Assembly (NCBI GenBank): GCA_963711565.1
Contig: CAVQEQ010000003.1
Span: 1,120,001-1,184,000 of the forward strand
From: an uncultured delta proteobacterium
GTDB lineage: Bacteria; Desulfobacterota; Binatia; Binatales; Binataceae
Direction of reading: 5' to 3'
DNA: 64,000 bases
Positions 18,284-29,239 of this stretch are shown here, one piece after another (position 1 is the stretch's first letter; every line of letters begins with the position of its first letter). The translations under genes were made by a program, and so were the position numbers. Under the pieces are notes generated by a model. It searched no databases. It was given only the letters and a program-made list of their open reading frames with translations, and was not told where the DNA came from.

Positions 18284-18828
18284 ATGCGAGCGTGAACGCC
18301 GAGAATTTCACCCTGCTGCTCAGGGTCCAGCAATGGCTCTATCGCGAGGCGCGGATGCTTGACGAGCGCCGCTTCGATCTGTGGCTCGACCTGCTCGACG
18401 AACAGATCCGCTACCGAATCCCGAGCCGCGCCTATGTGCGGCAGGGGCACGTGAAGGATTTCTCGACCTGGTCGGTTGATCGCGAGTTGGAAGCGGCCGA
18501 CGCGCTGCCGTTGATCGACGACGATTTGCGCGCGCTGCGCAACCGAATCGAACGTTTGCAAACCGGGATGGCGTGGGCGGAGACGCCGCCCTCAATCGCG
18601 CGCCGGCTCGTCAGCAACGTGATGATTCTCGACGTGGAAGAGGCCGGGCGCCTGTCGGTCGTAAGCACGATTTTCCTGCACAAGGTCCGCGGCGACAGCC
18701 GAATGCTGTTCACGGCCGAGCGCCGCGATCGGCTCGTCCCCGTGGGCGACGGCTTCCGCTTGCAGGAACGCTACGTCGTTCTCGACGACGTAGTTCTCGC
18801 GTCGGAGAACCTGTCGCTCCTCTTCTGA
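18280..18828 (+). CDS. Ring-hydroxylating dioxygenase beta subunit
   Basis: LYREARMLD....WLDL, AWAETPPS..RRLVSNV, NLSLLF; ATGA overlap, SD GGAGGTGA. Confidence 0.93.
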   Translation: MNASVNAENFTLLLRVQQWLYREARMLDERRFDLWLDLLDEQIRYRIPSRAYVRQGHVKDFSTWSVDRELEAADALPLIDDDLRALRNRIERLQTGMAWAETPPSIARRLVSNVMILDVEEAGRLSVVSTIFLHKVRGDSRMLFTAERRDRLVPVGDGFRLQERYVVLDDVVLASENLSLLF

Positions 18829-19433
18829 GCGATTCGTTTCGTCGTCGCGCCCGCCTGGCTGAACATTTCCGCGGTCGTGTCGATGAACGATGCGATCGAC
18901 ACTCCGCGCAGCGTTGCGGCGAGCGGGCCGTCGAGCCACAAGGTCGCGACGCCGTGCACAGCGGCCCAGAGCGCGTTCGCGACTTCGATCAGCCGCTTGT
19001 CGTCAATCGCGGCGCGCGGATGGCATCCGGCAAGCGTATCGACCAGCCGCTGAAAGGTCAGCATCGCCGCCGCGCCCGTCTCGGGATAGCGCCGCATATT
19101 GACCAGCTCCGGCCGGAACATCACGCCGTAATGGACGGGATTGTCGATCGCGAAGGTCATGTAGGCGCGCAGCAGATGCCGCAGAATTTCCGGCGGACGT
19201 TTACGGCGATACCTCGTGCGCGCATCCACCAGCCGCTCGTCGAGCCGGCTGAACCCCTCGTGCGCGATCGCCGCAAGAATCCCCTCGCGATTATTGAAGT
19301 GATGATACGGCGTCTGATGACTCACGCCGGCCCGCCGCGACATCTCGCGAAAGCTCAAGCCGCCCAGCCCATGCTCGCCAATCAGCCGAACGCTCTCATC
19401 CACCAGCCTCTTCTTGGCCTCAGCCGCCTTCAT
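18771..19433 (-). CDS. TetR/AcrR regulator with WHG-type C-terminal domain
   Basis: LSFREMSRRAGVSHQTPYHHF HTH; WAAVHG. Confidence 0.92.
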   Translation of the reverse strand: MKAAEAKKRLVDESVRLIGEHGLGGLSFREMSRRAGVSHQTPYHHFNNREGILAAIAHEGFSRLDERLVDARTRYRRKRPPEILRHLLRAYMTFAIDNPVHYGVMFRPELVNMRRYPETGAAAMLTFQRLVDTLAGCHPRAAIDDKRLIEVANALWAAVHGVATLWLDGPLAATLRGVSIASFIDTTAEMFSQAGATTKRIAQKRSDRFSDARTTSSRTT

Positions 19434-19450
19434 CAAGCCAAGTATAAACC

Positions 19451-19554
19451 TCTCTTAACACCGGGTGCAGAGCCCGTCCTGAGCCAAGCCGAAGGAGGTC
19501 ACCCCTGCCCAAGGAAGCATGAAACCCACGGCGGGTTTCATTACAATTGAGTTC
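19451..19554 (+). repeat. Repeat family A, full copy with a nested insertion
   Basis: CCGGGTGCAG[AGCCCGTCCTGAGCCAAGCCGAAGGA]GGTCACCCCTGCCCAAGGAAGCATGAAACCCACGGCGGGTTTCA. Confidence 0.88.
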
Positions 19555-19578
19555 TGCGTTTGCAATCTGGAGGCACAC

Positions 19579-20010
19579 ATGAAGATTCCGCAAATGTTGC
19601 ACGAGCTGATCGCGAAGGCGCCGCTAGGTCATCTGACGACGCTGAATCGCGACGGCAGCCCGCAGGTCACGTTGATCTGGGTTGGAATCGAGAACGACGA
19701 GTTCGTAATCGGCCACCTGGCGTTGCATCAGAAGATCAAAAACATCCGGCGCGATCCGCGAGTCGCGTTGTCCCTGATCGGCGACAAGACGAGTCTGCAG
19801 GGGATGCGCGAATACCTGGTGGTTTACGGCAACGCGCGCATCACCGAAGGCGGCGCCGTTCCCCTTCTGCAACGCCTCGCCCCACTTTACTTAGGCCCAA
19901 AAGCCAACTTCCCTCCGCCAAGCATGCAGCAGATTCCCGGCTACATCACGAGAATCGCGCCGTCCCGATTCTCGGGCATCGGCCCGTGGGCCGAGAAATC
20001 CGCTGAGTGA
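19579..20010 (+). CDS. PPOX-class (pyridoxamine-phosphate oxidase-like) probable F420-dependent oxidoreductase
   Basis: TLNRDGSPQVT.IW, KIKNIRRDPRVALS; SD GGAGG. Confidence 0.88.
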   Translation: MKIPQMLHELIAKAPLGHLTTLNRDGSPQVTLIWVGIENDEFVIGHLALHQKIKNIRRDPRVALSLIGDKTSLQGMREYLVVYGNARITEGGAVPLLQRLAPLYLGPKANFPPPSMQQIPGYITRIAPSRFSGIGPWAEKSAE

Positions 20011-20105
20011 GCGATCGTCGAATCACGGGCCGACGTAGGCCGACGATTAGGACACAATTCCCTCAAAGTCGGTCGGCTGGATGAGATCAGCAGCGGGGCG
20101 CGCCC

Positions 20106-20203
20106 CTCCGTCATCCTGACGATGCGAGCAACGCGAGCTGAGGAAGGACCTCGGACAGCTTCGCGCACGCGAAGCCGGTTCCGGTTCTGAAATCGCGCAT
20201 GCG
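20106..20203 (+). repeat. REP-like element family B, copy 2
   Basis: CTCCGTCATCCTGACGATGCGAGCAACGCGAGCTGAGGAAGGACCTCGGACAGC, matches 4645-4743. Confidence 0.85.
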
Positions 20204-20266
20204 CGAACCACACGATGACTGATGCTCATTTTTGTCGCTCCGTCTGCTAAGCTCGTCCACCGAAAA

Positions 20267-23200
20267 GTGCATCCGCTCGAAACCTATCTTCGCGATTTGT
20301 CTGAGGCGCACGCCGCCGGCGTTCCTGAGACGACCCATTATCCCGCACTGCGGGCGCTGCTCAACGAAATCGGCGGCACGCTCAAGCCGAAAGTGCGATG
20401 CGTCATAAATCCAAAGAGCAAGGGTGCAGGAATTCCCGACGGCGGGCTCTATACCCCTGATCAATTGCCAAAGGGCGGCGACCCGGAACCGCCGCTCGGG
20501 ACGCTGCCTGCGCGCGGAGCGATCGAGGCGAAATCAACCACGGACGATGCGTTCGCCGTCGCAAAGTCGGAACAGGTCGAAAAATACCTCAAGCTTTACC
20601 GCCAAGTGCTGGTCACCAACCTGCGCGATTTTGTCCTGATCGCATTGGATGGTGACGGTGGCCCGCGAATTCTTGAAAGCTACAAGCTCGCCGTCGATGA
20701 GGAATCGTTCTGGAGTGCGGCTGCGCATCCGCAGGCGATGGCGAAGCGAGAGGGAGATCGTTTCGCCGATTTCATCCGGCGCGTAATGCTCCATCCGGCG
20801 CCACTGGCTTCTCCCAAAAACGTCGCATGGTTTCTTGCGTCGTATGCGCGCGAGGCGCGCTGGCGAATCGAGAACCATCCGATACCTGCGCTGGCTGCAT
20901 TGCGCGAGGCGCTCGAACAAGGGCTTGGGCTCAAGTTCGAAGGCCCGGAAGGCGAACATTTCTTCCGCTCCACGCTGGTCCAGACGCTCTTCTATGGCGC
21001 GTTTGCGGCGTGGGTTTTGTGGAGCAAGGAGCATCCGTTTTCCGACCTCAGGGTAAAGTTCAACTGGAAGCTCGCCGGCGACCATCTTCATGTCCCGATT
21101 GTCGGGGTGCTGTTTCATCAACTGATCGAACCGTCGCAACTGAAGGCGCTTGGAATCGACGAAGTCCTGGATTGGGCCGGCGACGTGCTCAACCGTGTGG
21201 ATCGGGGGGCGTTCTTCAAAGCTTTCGAGGAGGAGCATGCGGTCCAGTATTTCTACGAACCATTTCTGGAAGCGTATGATCCTGCGCTGCGCAAACAGCT
21301 CGGAGTCTGGTACACGCCGCCTGAGATCGTGACCTACATGGTTGAGCGAGTCGATTCCGTTTTGCGCTCTGAACTCCATATCGCGGACGGGCTCGCAGAT
21401 CCGCGCGTGGTCGTACTCGATCCGTGCTGTGGAACGGGCAGCTACGTGGTCGAAGTGTTGCGGCGGATAGAAAAAACGCTGATCGAGAAGGGCAAGACTG
21501 CGCTGACGGCGAACGCGGTCAAAAAAGCTTCGATAGAACGCGTCTTCGGTTTCGAAATCATGCCCGCGCCGTACGTGATCTCGCATCTGCAAGTCGGAAT
21601 TGCTTTGCAGCAAATCGGCGCACCTCTATCTGAAGATGCGAACGAACGCGCGGCGGTCTATCTGACGAACTCGCTCACTGGCTGGGAGCCGCCGAAAGGT
21701 CCGAAGCAACACATAGTCGCGTTTCCGCAGTTGGAGCAGGAGCGCGACGCCGCCGAAGAGGTGAAACGGACCAAGCCGATCATCGTGATTCTGGGCAACC
21801 CGCCTTACAACGCTTTTGCGGGCGTCAGTCCAGCCGAAGAGATGGGTTTGGTCGAGCCGTACAAGGAAGGACTCGTCGCGGAGTGGAAGATCAAGAAGTT
21901 CAATCTCGACGATCTATACGTCCGATTCTTTCGGATCGCGGAGAGAAGAATCACAGAGGGCAAAACAGGCACTGGCATCGTCGCGTTCATTTCTAACTTT
22001 TCCTACATCGAGGATGCTTCGTTCGTAGTGATGCGGCAGCGGTTGATCTCGGAGTTCGACCGAATCTGGATCGACTGTATGAACGGCGACAGCCGCGAGA
22101 CCGGCAAATTGACTCCTGATGGAAAGCCCGATCCAAGCGTGTTCTCGACCGAATATAACCATGAGGGAATTCGAGTCGGCACGGCGGTAGCAGTGATGGC
22201 CCGCGCGGAATCGAACGCAAAGCGGGCAAGCGTCGGCTTCCGTGAATTTTGGGGCACGTCGAAGCGCCAGGACTTGATCGATTCATTGAACGCTAAACAT
22301 TTTGATGCACGATATGAACCCGCAAACCCCGAGAAGTCCAACCGCTATTCGTTCAGACCCTCAAAGTCGTCGAAGCAGTATTCGAGCTGGCCGAAAATCG
22401 TCGAGTTATGCGCGATGCCACCGGTAAATGGTCTAATGGAGAAGCGCGGAGGCGCGCTCATCAATATTGATCGAGCTAAGCTGGCAGAGCGCATGCACGC
22501 GTACTTCAATCCGAAGCTCGATTGGACCGAGTACTCGGCGCTCGGTTATGGCCTAGTCGAGGAGCAGGCGGGATTTGATCCGAAGACCGCGCGTCGGAAG
22601 GCTCTTGAAAGTGAGGTGTACGACGCGGAGCGGATTGTTCGCTACGCGATAAGACCATTCGACACAAGATGGTGCTATTACACTGCGGTGCCTCCGATTT
22701 GGAATCGGGCGAGGCCGCAGCTATGGGCTCAAAACCACAATGGGAACGAGTTCCTGATCACCCGCCCGGCGGGCGTTGCATCGCCCGAAGGAGTTCCGTT
22801 CCATTTCACGCGCTGCTTGGGTGACAATGATTTGCTCCGCGGCCATGCCTATTACACTCCGACGACATTGAAGGGACCGATATCCAGGAAAAACCTCAGT
22901 TCGCTCGGCAAATCATATTTAGAGAAAATCGAGCTCCCATCGCCAAAAGACGATCTTCTATTGTCGCACTCTCTAGCGGTCGGATACGCGCCGTCATATT
23001 TGTCGGAAAACGCTGACGGCATACGAGGAGACTGGCCGAGAATCCCACTGCCGGACTCCAAAGACGCACTCATCCGCTCCGCAGAACTCGGCCGTCAGAT
23101 CGCGGCCCTGCTCGACACTGAAAATTCGGTTGCGGGAGTTACGGCAGGTGCGATCCGTCCCGAACTGAAAGAAATCGCCGTTATCTGGAGCGACGGAGGC

Positions 23201-23668
23201 GGCTCTCTTGAGCCAGCGAAGGGACACCTGGCCTTGAGGGCGGGATGGGGTCATGCCAGCAAGGAAGGGGCCGTAATGCCAGGTAAGGGTCTCGCGAAGG
23301 TACGCGACTACAGGAAGTCCGAGCTAACTGCATTAGAGGAAGGCGCCAAGAAACTCGGCGTGTCGCCCATTGAACTGCTGACGCCGCTTGGCGTGCAGAC
23401 GATGGACATCCATTTGAACAACGTCGCGTACTGGAAGAACATCCCGGCGCGGGTCTGGGAATACACGATCGGCGGCTATCAGGTGATCAAAAAGTGGCTA
23501 AGCTACCGCGAGCGCGACCTGCTCGGCCGCGACTTGAGTACCGATGAGGTTGACGAGGTTACCGCGATGGCCCGGCGCATCGCGGCGATTGTATTGCTCG
23601 AGCCGTCGCTCGACGCGAATTACGCAAGCATAAAGTCCGCCACCTACGATTGGCCTTCAGGCAGCTAA
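20267..23668 (+). CDS. Single-chain restriction-modification enzyme (Type IIG/ISP-like: PD-(D/E)xK nuclease + N6-adenine MTase + target-recognition domain)
   Basis: PDGG..IEAK, GVWYTPPEIV, LDPCCGTG, GNPPY, C-terminal IGGYQVIKKWL; no helicase motifs; start 20222 or 20267. Confidence 0.88.
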   Translation: MHPLETYLRDLSEAHAAGVPETTHYPALRALLNEIGGTLKPKVRCVINPKSKGAGIPDGGLYTPDQLPKGGDPEPPLGTLPARGAIEAKSTTDDAFAVAKSEQVEKYLKLYRQVLVTNLRDFVLIALDGDGGPRILESYKLAVDEESFWSAAAHPQAMAKREGDRFADFIRRVMLHPAPLASPKNVAWFLASYAREARWRIENHPIPALAALREALEQGLGLKFEGPEGEHFFRSTLVQTLFYGAFAAWVLWSKEHPFSDLRVKFNWKLAGDHLHVPIVGVLFHQLIEPSQLKALGIDEVLDWAGDVLNRVDRGAFFKAFEEEHAVQYFYEPFLEAYDPALRKQLGVWYTPPEIVTYMVERVDSVLRSELHIADGLADPRVVVLDPCCGTGSYVVEVLRRIEKTLIEKGKTALTANAVKKASIERVFGFEIMPAPYVISHLQVGIALQQIGAPLSEDANERAAVYLTNSLTGWEPPKGPKQHIVAFPQLEQERDAAEEVKRTKPIIVILGNPPYNAFAGVSPAEEMGLVEPYKEGLVAEWKIKKFNLDDLYVRFFRIAERRITEGKTGTGIVAFISNFSYIEDASFVVMRQRLISEFDRIWIDCMNGDSRETGKLTPDGKPDPSVFSTEYNHEGIRVGTAVAVMARAESNAKRASVGFREFWGTSKRQDLIDSLNAKHFDARYEPANPEKSNRYSFRPSKSSKQYSSWPKIVELCAMPPVNGLMEKRGGALINIDRAKLAERMHAYFNPKLDWTEYSALGYGLVEEQAGFDPKTARRKALESEVYDAERIVRYAIRPFDTRWCYYTAVPPIWNRARPQLWAQNHNGNEFLITRPAGVASPEGVPFHFTRCLGDNDLLRGHAYYTPTTLKGPISRKNLSSLGKSYLEKIELPSPKDDLLLSHSLAVGYAPSYLSENADGIRGDWPRIPLPDSKDALIRSAELGRQIAALLDTENSVAGVTAGAIRPELKEIAVIWSDGGGSLEPAKGHLALRAGWGHASKEGAVMPGKGLAKVRDYRKSELTALEEGAKKLGVSPIELLTPLGVQTMDIHLNNVAYWKNIPARVWEYTIGGYQVIKKWLSYRERDLLGRDLSTDEVDEVTAMARRIAAIVLLEPSLDANYASIKSATYDWPSGS

Positions 23669-23682
23669 TCACGTGGATGGGA

Positions 23683-23800
23683 GACGGAATAAATTCCGTC
23701 GTACGAACTTTTCTCGCTGACCCGCGAGGCGGAAGCCGAAAATTCCATGACGGAGAGAAGTAATCCGGGATTCTTCGCCGCGGCGGCTCTGAATGACAAC
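23683..23800 (-). repeat. Hairpin plus GTCAT-type REP-like element
   Basis: GACGGAAT-AA-ATTCCGTC hairpin; minus strand GTCATTCAGAGCCGCCGCGGCGAAGAATCCCGG. Confidence 0.6.
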
Positions 23801-23812
23801 GAGCTTCCGGTG

Positions 23813-25573
23813 CTACATCCCCAGATACGCTGGGACGAACAACCCCATATCCAGCGTCCCCCAGCCGCTGGCTTTGTCGTAGCCGGGGCCGGCGGAAAAT
23901 CCGGTGACGCCGTTGAAGTTCGTGTTGCCCATCGTCACGTCGCGGATTCCGGTCGTCGCGCCGTTGGCTTGCACGCCTAGCTGGTAGATTCGCGTGTTCA
24001 AATTGCCGACCGGAGCGCCGTTGGCCTGCGAGATCAGCTGGCTGATGCCTGCCCATGTCGGAGCGCCGATGCTGGTGCCGCCGACGCAGCATGTCACGGT
24101 CGGCACGCCGTCACCGTCGCGGCTGCCGTAGAAGAAACCGGGCGATTCGGGACTGGCGCCGAACGAGATGTCGGGAACGTCGCGCTTCTTGTCGGTGGGG
24201 ATGATCCCCTTCTGAAACTTGGGCTTCTTGAAGTATCTACTCTCGCCGCCCCCAGCCGCGCCTGAGCCGTCATTCCATACCGACTCTGCGACGAAGCCGA
24301 CGTCGTTACCGGCTTCGTAGTCAGGTGTGAACTCGGTGCCGCCAATCGCGGTCACGTTTGGCGAGCCCGCCAGTTCATTGATGCTGCGCGTCGTGCCGGT
24401 GACGCAGCTTTCCGTCTTTGCATCGACCTTCAATCCCGCGGCACCGTTGTCGCCGGTCGCGACGAACACCGACTGACCTTGCGCGGCCGCCTGCGCGAAA
24501 AATCCGTTCTGAGTTTTGTAGAAGCCCTTCGATCCGCCGCAGAAGCCGAAGCTGATGCCGATCGCGGTGCACGGGCTGTTCTTTTCCCGCACCGCCGCGT
24601 GGATTGCGTCGAGAATCGCCGACGACGCCGAGTGCTGTTCATCGCCGAGATAAATCCGGATGTTCGAGCCGGGCGCGACCGCGTGCGAGTAGCTCACATC
24701 GACCATCGTCTCGAGTTCGTCGCTGTTCTGCCCCGGGTCCACGCCGTCAACCAGGACCGTACTGAAGTTCGATCCGGTGAGCGCGGGCAGGCCGAACTGG
24801 CTGTTGAACTCGTTCGCGGCAACCTCGTCGATATTGGAATCCTCGACCACCGCAACGCATCCGTTGCCGCTGCCGTCGAGGTCGCGGTTCAACAGCGGCG
24901 TCTCGTCGTAGAAAGTATAAATGTCGGCGGGACCGAAGGCCGGCCCCGTATCATCGACGACCGAGGCCGGCGAAGCGCCGCCCGGCGCCGGCTTCGACGC
25001 GCGACGGATAAGCGGCGCGCTGTGGAGCAGGTTGTCGAGGCCGCGGATCGATTCGATCAGTGGTGCCAACTCGGCCGGCACAGTCGGGTCGCGGAGGTTC
25101 GAATACAGGCGGCCGTCTGCCGTCGCGGCAATCTTCACGCTGAAAACGTTTTGCGCCTCCGCGACCGTGCCGGTGAAAGAGATCTCACGCGTCGAGGCGT
25201 CGGCAGAAGTGACGGCGAAACCCTTCCGCTTGAGCCATCGCGTGACGCGCGCGAGGTCGGCGTCGGTGGGTCCGAAGCGGCTGGTAAACTCGTCGGGCGT
25301 CAGCCATCGATGGTACTCCGGCGACGCGGGATCCTGCTGAGCGGCGATCAATCGTGCGAGGTCGCCGGAGTTGCGTAGCGCCATCGTAAGACGCATCGCG
25401 AGCGTCTGCGAAGGCGATGCGGCCGCCGCGCCTACGATCCCGGCGGCTTCGTCGGGATGGTTGCCGTCGAGGATGGTCGCGGGACCATCGGCCGCCGCCG
25501 GATGAGCGAGCGCGACAATCAAACAAAGCGCTGCCGGGAGGATAAACCGCCGCGACGCCCCAAACCTGCCCAT
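23813..25573 (-). CDS. S53 (sedolisin/kumamolisin) serine peptidase with prodomain
   Basis: Signal peptide, YHRWLTPDEF prodomain, ExxxD (ETMVD), TGDNG, GGTS..AP, GYD..SGWG. Confidence 0.92.
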   Translation of the reverse strand: MGRFGASRRFILPAALCLIVALAHPAAADGPATILDGNHPDEAAGIVGAAAASPSQTLAMRLTMALRNSGDLARLIAAQQDPASPEYHRWLTPDEFTSRFGPTDADLARVTRWLKRKGFAVTSADASTREISFTGTVAEAQNVFSVKIAATADGRLYSNLRDPTVPAELAPLIESIRGLDNLLHSAPLIRRASKPAPGGASPASVVDDTGPAFGPADIYTFYDETPLLNRDLDGSGNGCVAVVEDSNIDEVAANEFNSQFGLPALTGSNFSTVLVDGVDPGQNSDELETMVDVSYSHAVAPGSNIRIYLGDEQHSASSAILDAIHAAVREKNSPCTAIGISFGFCGGSKGFYKTQNGFFAQAAAQGQSVFVATGDNGAAGLKVDAKTESCVTGTTRSINELAGSPNVTAIGGTEFTPDYEAGNDVGFVAESVWNDGSGAAGGGESRYFKKPKFQKGIIPTDKKRDVPDISFGASPESPGFFYGSRDGDGVPTVTCCVGGTSIGAPTWAGISQLISQANGAPVGNLNTRIYQLGVQANGATTGIRDVTMGNTNFNGVTGFSAGPGYDKASGWGTLDMGLFVPAYLGM

Positions 25574-25690
25574 CAAACTTGTAGATCCTCCCATTAATAT
25601 AAACGAATCGGGGGTCGATTGATTCAACGCGAGCCAAACGCGCAATGGAGCAAAATATAACAACTAGTAGAGACCCAGGGAAGGAACAAT

Positions 25691-25773
25691 CACCGGGTGC
25701 AGGGGTCACCCCTGCCGAAGGAAGTATGAAACCCACCGCGGGTTTCATGTGAGATTAAATGACCTGCCCTTCC
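25691..25773 (+). repeat. Repeat family A, full copy
   Basis: CACCGGGTGCAGGGGTCACCCCTGCCGAAGGAAGTATGAAACCCACCGCGGGTTTCA...TGCCCTTCC. Confidence 0.9.
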
Positions 25774-25784
25774 GAATTGCCGCG

Positions 25785-25813
25785 TTGACAAGAGCAGCCG
25801 CGCACCGGACAAT
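25785..25813 (+). promoter_or_regulatory. Sigma70 promoter of rpoZ
   Basis: TTGACA, 17 bp, GACAAT; ATG only 9 bp after the -10 box. Confidence 0.6.
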
Positions 25814-25822
25814 CATCTCCTA

Positions 25823-26017
25823 ATGGCACGAATTACCGTAGAAGATTGCCTGGAGAACATCCCCAACCGCTTCGAGCTTGTGCTCGGCGCGGCGCGGCGC
25901 GCCAAACAGTTGCTCAAGGGCGCGCGCCCACTGGTGGAATCGGACAACAAGGAAGTAGTCACGGCGCTGCGCGAAATCGCCGCCGGCAAGGTCACGATCG
26001 AACAGCCCGACGCCTGA
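25823..26017 (+). CDS. rpoZ: RNA polymerase omega subunit
   Basis: [32 protein letters not shown]. Confidence 0.97.
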   Translation: MARITVEDCLENIPNRFELVLGAARRAKQLLKGARPLVESDNKEVVTALREIAAGKVTIEQPDA

Positions 26018-26122
26018 CCGGGCGCGATCGGATATCAACCGACACGGCTCGAAGCCGACAGCGGCCAGAGCATTAGTGGTCCGCATCTCTTCCCTGCATT
26101 GTGGTGAAGCTGGAGCCGTTCT

Positions 26123-27271
<1,149 letters not shown>

Positions 27272-27357
27272 GTATTCTTTATCTACCCCATTGCCGCTGA
27301 TAGGCGCCGCTTGCGATAATGACAATCGAGGCGGATTGCGCAAGGAGCTTGCAATCA

Positions 27358-28089
27358 ATGCGAGAACGCAGTTGCGCGCTGGTGGTGGTGGGTAACGAAA
27401 TCCTTTCCGGCAAGGTTCAGGACTCGAACGCGTACTTCGCGGCTCGCGAGCTGCGCAAGATTGGCGTCGCCCTCGCTCGCATCGCAACTATCCCCGATGA
27501 ACTCGATCTGATCGCCGGCGAAGTCGCGTACTGCTCGCGCAACTTCGATTTCGTAATCACTTCTGGCGGCGTCGGCCCGACGCATGACGATCTCACGATG
27601 GAAGGAGTGGCGCGCGCGTTCAAGCGGCGCCTCGTGATGAATCCTGTGCTCGAGGCGCTCGTCCGCGAGCATTTCCGCGAGCGCTCGCTCAACGCCGGCA
27701 TGAGGATGGCCCAGGTGCCCGAGGGTGCGGTGCTCAACGACGCCGGCGACATCCGCTTTCCGACCGTGCAGATCGAAAACGTGTACGTGCTGCCGGGAAT
27801 CCCGCAACTGTTCGAGGCCAAGCTGCGCGGGCTCAGCAGCCGCTTCGCAACCGACCCGTATTTCATGCGCGCGATCTATCTCAGCGCGAACGAAGGCGCG
27901 ATCGCCGAGCACCTGAACGAATGCATGCGCAGTTTTCCCGAGTTGATGCTGGGTTCGTATCCGCGGATCGGAGATCCCGATTACCGCGTGAAGTTAACGC
28001 TCGAGTCGAAAAACGCGGAGTATCTCGAGCGCGCGTTTCGTCATCTGATGCGGCTGCTGCCGGCCGATGCGGTGGTCAAAACTGAGTAG
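27358..28089 (+). CDS. CinA-like molybdopterin-binding domain protein
   Basis: GNEILSG..QDSN, SGGVGPTHDDLT, LPGIP. Confidence 0.88.
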   Translation: MRERSCALVVVGNEILSGKVQDSNAYFAARELRKIGVALARIATIPDELDLIAGEVAYCSRNFDFVITSGGVGPTHDDLTMEGVARAFKRRLVMNPVLEALVREHFRERSLNAGMRMAQVPEGAVLNDAGDIRFPTVQIENVYVLPGIPQLFEAKLRGLSSRFATDPYFMRAIYLSANEGAIAEHLNECMRSFPELMLGSYPRIGDPDYRVKLTLESKNAEYLERAFRHLMRLLPADAVVKTE

Positions 28090-28131
28090 CAAATTACCCG
28101 TGGTGGTGGTGGAGGAAATCAGGAGGAAATC

Positions 28132-28731
28132 ATGAGGCAAGGAAATTTCAGATTCGGATTGATCGCAATCGGACTCGCGGTGATGCTCGCGATGCCGGCC
28201 GGTCCGCTCTCGCAATACGCCGCGGCCCAATCCGCGCAGCCGGTCGGCGCCCCGGGCGGAACGCAGATCCCGCAGCCGCCGGACAATAGCGTCAACTGGC
28301 CCGGCGCGGGCTACGGTGCCGGCGCGCTGCTCTGCAACGTGCTCTACATCCCGGCCAAGCTGACCTACGCGATCCTCGGTGGAATCGTCGGCGGCGGAAC
28401 CTACCTGGTGACCGCCGGCAATCAGCAGGCGGCCAACACGGTCTGGCGCAGCTCGCTCGGCGGCGATTACGTGGTAACGCCGCAGATGCTCGCGGGGACG
28501 CAGCCGATCAATTTCAGCGGGCCGACGAGCACCCCGCCCAACGTCCCGGCGCCCTCGACGAGCTCATCGTCGAGCATGACGACGACAACCGCGAGCTCCG
28601 GTGGCATCGCGCCGATCACGCCGCTGCCGGCGGCGGGCACGTCCGCAAATAGTTCGTCGCCAACCGGCGGCCAGCCGCTCGATCACGGCGCTGGCCCCGC
28701 AGGCGGACCCTCGGGCGCGAACATCGAGTAG
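28132..28731 (+). CDS. Secreted/membrane hypothetical protein with Ser/Thr/Pro-rich tail
   Basis: SD AGGAGG, signal peptide, hydrophobic core. Confidence 0.75.
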   Translation: MRQGNFRFGLIAIGLAVMLAMPAGPLSQYAAAQSAQPVGAPGGTQIPQPPDNSVNWPGAGYGAGALLCNVLYIPAKLTYAILGGIVGGGTYLVTAGNQQAANTVWRSSLGGDYVVTPQMLAGTQPINFSGPTSTPPNVPAPSTSSSSSMTTTTASSGGIAPITPLPAAGTSANSSSPTGGQPLDHGAGPAGGPSGANIE

Positions 28732-28755
28732 TCGCAGCTAAACGGCGAGTCGTGC

Positions 28756-29106
28756 ATGAAGAAAATCCGTTTCTTTTGGAAATCGACATGCACGACTTGC
28801 CGCGACGCAAGAAACTTCCTGCGCAATGACGTGGGCGCCGCCCTCGACGAACGCGACTACGCGAAGATCCCTCTGCGCGAATCCGAACTGAAGGATCTGT
28901 TCGCCGGCCGCGACCCGCGCGATTACCTAAACCCGCGCAGTCCGGCTTTCAAGGCGATGGGTCTGGAGGGCAAATCGCTGACACCCGAACAGGCGTTGGC
29001 CCTGATGGCAAAGGAACCGAATCTAATCAAGCGCCCAATCGTAGTCGTCGGCAAAGAAATGATCGCCGGCTTCGACCGCGAACGGCTGCGCTCTGCACTG
29101 AAGTAG
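28756..29106 (+). CDS. ArsC/Spx/MgsR-family protein
   Basis: CTTCR, PNLIKRP, GFD. Confidence 0.9.
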   Translation: MKKIRFFWKSTCTTCRDARNFLRNDVGAALDERDYAKIPLRESELKDLFAGRDPRDYLNPRSPAFKAMGLEGKSLTPEQALALMAKEPNLIKRPIVVVGKEMIAGFDRERLRSALK

Positions 29107-29239
29107 CCACCGCTGAGAGCAGACAGTATGTACTGCCGTCGTTCGGAGAGGTTGACTCGACTGAGCACTACAGGGCCGGACTCACACCCGATCTCGGCTT
29201 GCGCTAGAATAGTCACGACCTTAGAGGGCAAAAACTGCG

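Noticed and set aside
20267-23668. Full Type ISP enzyme or BREX/DISARM system
   Set aside because: No SF2 helicase motifs and no partner genes
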